A stretch of DNA of 64,000 nucleotides from an uncultured bacterium (GTDB lineage Bacteria > Vulcanimicrobiota > Xenobia > Xenobiales > Xenobiaceae). The notes under the pieces are model-generated. The model searched no databases and was not told the DNA's origin. It worked only from the letters and a program-made list of their open reading frames with translations. This document shows positions 61,250-64,000 of this stretch, in pieces. Each line of letters starts with the position of its first letter. Positions within the stretch are counted from its first letter, which is position 1. The stretch lies in assembly GCA_934636825.1 (NCBI GenBank), contig CAKUBG010000001.1, positions 256,080-320,079 on the forward strand. The letters run 5' to 3'. The translations under genes and the position numbers were made by a program.

Positions 61250-62164
61250 CTAAGATTTCATCAGGTAAATAAAGCATTCGACAATTCTTTCCAGTTCTTC
61301 CTGATTTTTAAAGTGAAATTCCAATTTGCCTTTACCATCAGAACGGGAATTTAAACGTATGTCAGCGCCAAAGCTATAGCGAAGTTTCTCTAAAAGATCT
61401 CTCCATTCAGGAGAAAGAGGCTCTTTGACGGTGACAGTTTTCTTGTCAGAATGACTTTCTGCCGACTCTCCAGCGTCATTGCCAAGCCCTTTGAGCGTAT
61501 TTACATACTCTTCAGTTTTGCGTACCGAAAGCTGCTCAGCTTTAGCATGTTCCCACGCTTCTATCTGGCGAACTTCGTCTTCAAGTGACAAAATAGCCCT
61601 GGCATGGCCGCTGGAAAGTATATTATTTTGCAAATCTTCCTTTATGGGAGTCGGCAAACTTAAAAGACGCAAAGAATTAGTAATATAAGGACGGCTTTTG
61701 CCAATGCGCTCAGCTAATTTATAATGAGAGAACTTAAATTCTCCAATCAAAAAAGAAAGTGCCTGAGCCTCTTCAATGGGATTTAAGTCCTGGCGTTGCA
61801 AATTTTCAACTAAAGCCAGCTCCAACATATCTTTATTAGTTAAATTGCGTACTATAGCCGGAATAGTTTTACGACCAATCATTTTGGCCGCCCTAAATCT
61901 GCGTTCACCTACAACAAGGCGATATCCCTCAGGCAACTTGGTAACAATGACAGGCTGAATAATACCATTAGCCTTTATAGAATCAGCTAACTCTTGCAAA
62001 GCGGATTCTTCAAAAACACGCCTTGGTTGCAGCGGATTTTGCAAAATATCGTCTATAGAAATTTCCTTAACTTCTAAATCCAAATCATTTTGCGAAGAAG
62101 AATCGACTTCTGCCTGGCGTTCAGCAGTCAATTTTGCGGAAGTAGAATTGTCCAAACCAATCAA
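61250..62164 (-). CDS. parB: Chromosome partitioning protein ParB/Spo0J
   Basis: 'GERRFRAAKMIG' ParB box; 'IQPVIV'; HTH region. Confidence 0.85.
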   Translation of the reverse strand: MIGLDNSTSAKLTAERQAEVDSSSQNDLDLEVKEISIDDILQNPLQPRRVFEESALQELADSIKANGIIQPVIVTKLPEGYRLVVGERRFRAAKMIGRKTIPAIVRNLTNKDMLELALVENLQRQDLNPIEEAQALSFLIGEFKFSHYKLAERIGKSRPYITNSLRLLSLPTPIKEDLQNNILSSGHARAILSLEDEVRQIEAWEHAKAEQLSVRKTEEYVNTLKGLGNDAGESAESHSDKKTVTVKEPLSPEWRDLLEKLRYSFGADIRLNSRSDGKGKLEFHFKNQEELERIVECFIYLMKS

Positions 62165-62618
62165 GGACCTTTCGTCTGCTAAAAACTGAACTAACCACGA
62201 CTTAAAAGTCGTAAGTTTCCCGATAAAAAAGTCTATTAAGACACAACATTACCAGGCTATCCCCGCAGTTCTTGCGGTTCCAAAATTCCTCTTGCATTCT
62301 TCCCTCTGTTTTTATTACCTGCCCAAGCTAAAAGAGTGAATAGATGAATGCATCCAAAGCTTATACCTATTGCCAGAGCTTCTAATTACGCATTTAAACT
62401 ATATTAATTATTACATTTTTATATACAAAATTAATTATATTCACTCGATAATTGGCTATAACCAGTATTAAATCAAAAAAATAGACAATTCTAAATAACT
62501 ACATAATAGTAAAATACAATGTCTAATTTTAATAAAAACTAACTTAGTGAAAGTAAATCCAATAACAGTTAGTTCTAACTTGCCTACTTATCGTATTTTT
62601 TTAACCTTATCAAGCCTA

Positions 62619-62906
62619 TTTGACATGACTGACACAATGTCAGACATGCATATAATATTACTGACAAGAAAAATAAAATAGCTAGTGTACATTATATTGT
62701 ATATTATTAAAAATAATAAACTATATATATTATTATCATTATAATGTCAGATATATTGTCAGTAATAATATGTATTCATACTGACATTTCATCGGACATT
62801 ACTGACTATAAAATTTTACATTACAGACACATTACTGACTAAAGATAAAAAATGTCAGTACCATGTCTGTAATGCTCCTCCCCTACCCTACACAATGTCT
62901 GACATT
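62619..62906. repeat. Dense array of CTGACA/TGTCAG-core motifs (~13 copies, both orientations)
   Basis: Examples: CATGACTGACACAATGTCAGACATG (near-palindrome), ACATTACTGACTA x2, TGTCAGatatatTGTCAG. It lies in the parB/lipoprotein divergent region. Confidence 0.7.
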
Positions 62907-63021
62907 ATAAATGATATTGCTTAAATCCAAAGCAAACCACAAAAGCCCATTTGAAAGGGATCTAATCAAAGGCTCATGAAAGTTTGGGTTCGTTAAATTT
63001 TATTCGAGGTTAGAAACTTTC

Positions 63022-63888
63022 ATGTCCTTAAAAAGAACTTTTTTCTTGTCAGCGACAGCCCTCTTGTGTCTGTCTTTAAACGCTTGCGGCCCCAACAATA
63101 TGTCTGACACAAAAACTCCTCAAAACGAAACTTCACCGATAGCTCAAAGCACTCCTGAGCAAGCTCCGGCTGAAAAGGCAAAAGTGGATGAAAAATTATC
63201 TAAAGCTATAGCCCATCAACCCAATGCTGACAAAAAAGAATTGACAAAGTCAGGTTATTACCGACATCAAGGTCAGAAAATTACTGAAGGTGTCAGTAAT
63301 GGTGACGAATGGCAATATATTGTCATGAATGATGACGCTTATAGAACTTTTGTCAATAATAATCCCAGCTGGTTCTCCCAAGACTTTAACTCTAAAGCTT
63401 GGGGAATTAGGCAAGCTCCCATGGGAAATATCATAAAAACGAGCAATTCTGAACTCGATCCTGCTACTCAAATCAGTTGGAATGACAATAGCAACAACTT
63501 GCTTTTGCGTCGTGTCTTCAATGTCAATGACCCGACCCTTTACAAAAACACGACCATGAATGTTTTTTATAACAATGACATGGATGTATATGTCAACAAT
63601 ATATTGGTCTATTCCGACAAAGGCAAAACTAAAAAAGCTACTGACACTTATACATCTGTCAAATTTGACAAAGCTCCTATTATTGTTAAGGGTGACAATA
63701 TAATTTCTATTCACCTTAGAGGTACTGACAAAAATAAAGAATTTGACATGTCACTTACAAAAGCTGAGCCCCAAAAAGTTCAACCTGGCCCACCTAGCAA
63801 AGATGACAAAAATTCAAAAGATCAAAAGGCCCAAGTAAACACAAAGTCTAAAGAGACAACTCCTGACAAGAGTGCAACTAAGAAATAG
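63022..63888 (+). CDS. Putative D/K/T-rich lipoprotein
   Basis: Signal plus 'LSLNAC' lipobox-like. No recognisable domain. The ORF contains an unusual density of TGACA. Confidence 0.5.
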   Translation: MSLKRTFFLSATALLCLSLNACGPNNMSDTKTPQNETSPIAQSTPEQAPAEKAKVDEKLSKAIAHQPNADKKELTKSGYYRHQGQKITEGVSNGDEWQYIVMNDDAYRTFVNNNPSWFSQDFNSKAWGIRQAPMGNIIKTSNSELDPATQISWNDNSNNLLLRRVFNVNDPTLYKNTTMNVFYNNDMDVYVNNILVYSDKGKTKKATDTYTSVKFDKAPIIVKGDNIISIHLRGTDKNKEFDMSLTKAEPQKVQPGPPSKDDKNSKDQKAQVNTKSKETTPDKSATKK

Positions 63889-63907
63889 TCATTGTTGTTA
63901 CTGACAT

Positions 63908-63978
63908 AAAAAATCCGGCCTTATTGATATGCATTCAAAATTATGAGTACATATCAGGGCCGGATTTTTTATTTAACA
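63908..63978 (+). terminator. Two-tier hairpin terminator
   Basis: Outer stem ATCCGGCC/GGCCGGAT and inner stem TGATATG/CATATCA, followed by T6. Confidence 0.55.
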
Positions 63979-64000
63979 TTATACTGACACATACGCTGTC

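Noticed and set aside
62619-62906. CTGACA/TGTCAG array read as a CRISPR array or as Pho boxes
   Set aside because: No regular repeat and spacer periodicity, and units of only 6-10 bp. The core is TGTCAG, not the CTGTCAT Pho box, and spacing is irregular.

Overview
This 64-kb window comes from a diderm bacterium. Two features point towards a cyanobacterial or Melainabacteria-type lineage, though this is inference only: a single F1Fo operon with separate b and b' subunits, and TTTTCCACA-type DnaA boxes.

First 13 kb (accessory-looking): four tandem, same-strand paralogous genes encode giant proteins of 800-1100 aa. Each has a long Ala/Glu/Gln-rich coiled-coil repeat region, then a Gly/Ser linker, a glucosaminidase-like domain and a C-terminal CHAP domain, with no Sec signal peptide. 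Every paralog has its own terminator and a conserved promoter architecture. Paralogs 2 and 3 share a tract of about 1.3 kb that is 100% identical.

Remaining 51 kb (mostly housekeeping):
- a histidine-phosphatase-family gene and two tandem cyclophilin PPIases
- a minus-strand operon running BspA-type LRR giant protein <- TamB-like (2334 aa) <- MreB-like <- murA <- atpZ-I-B-E-F'-F-H-A-G-D-C
- wecB and a wecA-like GT4 gene, and a Hanks-type Ser/Thr kinase
- an mce/mlaF/mlaE transporter and grpE-dnaJ
- a BsuPI-like inhibitor-domain protein, rnpB (RNase P RNA), an HExxH lipoprotein, ychF and glgX
- two perfect parS sites, a DUF362 ferredoxin-domain protein, a DnaA-box-bearing AT-rich region, rsmG and parB
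- an AT-rich divergent region packed with CTGACA/TGTCAG repeats, followed by a D/K-rich lipoprotein

A conserved structured element of about 170 nt occurs twice, in the atpE-atpF' spacer and in the kinase 5' region.

No CRISPR array, transposase or tRNA gene was recognised.
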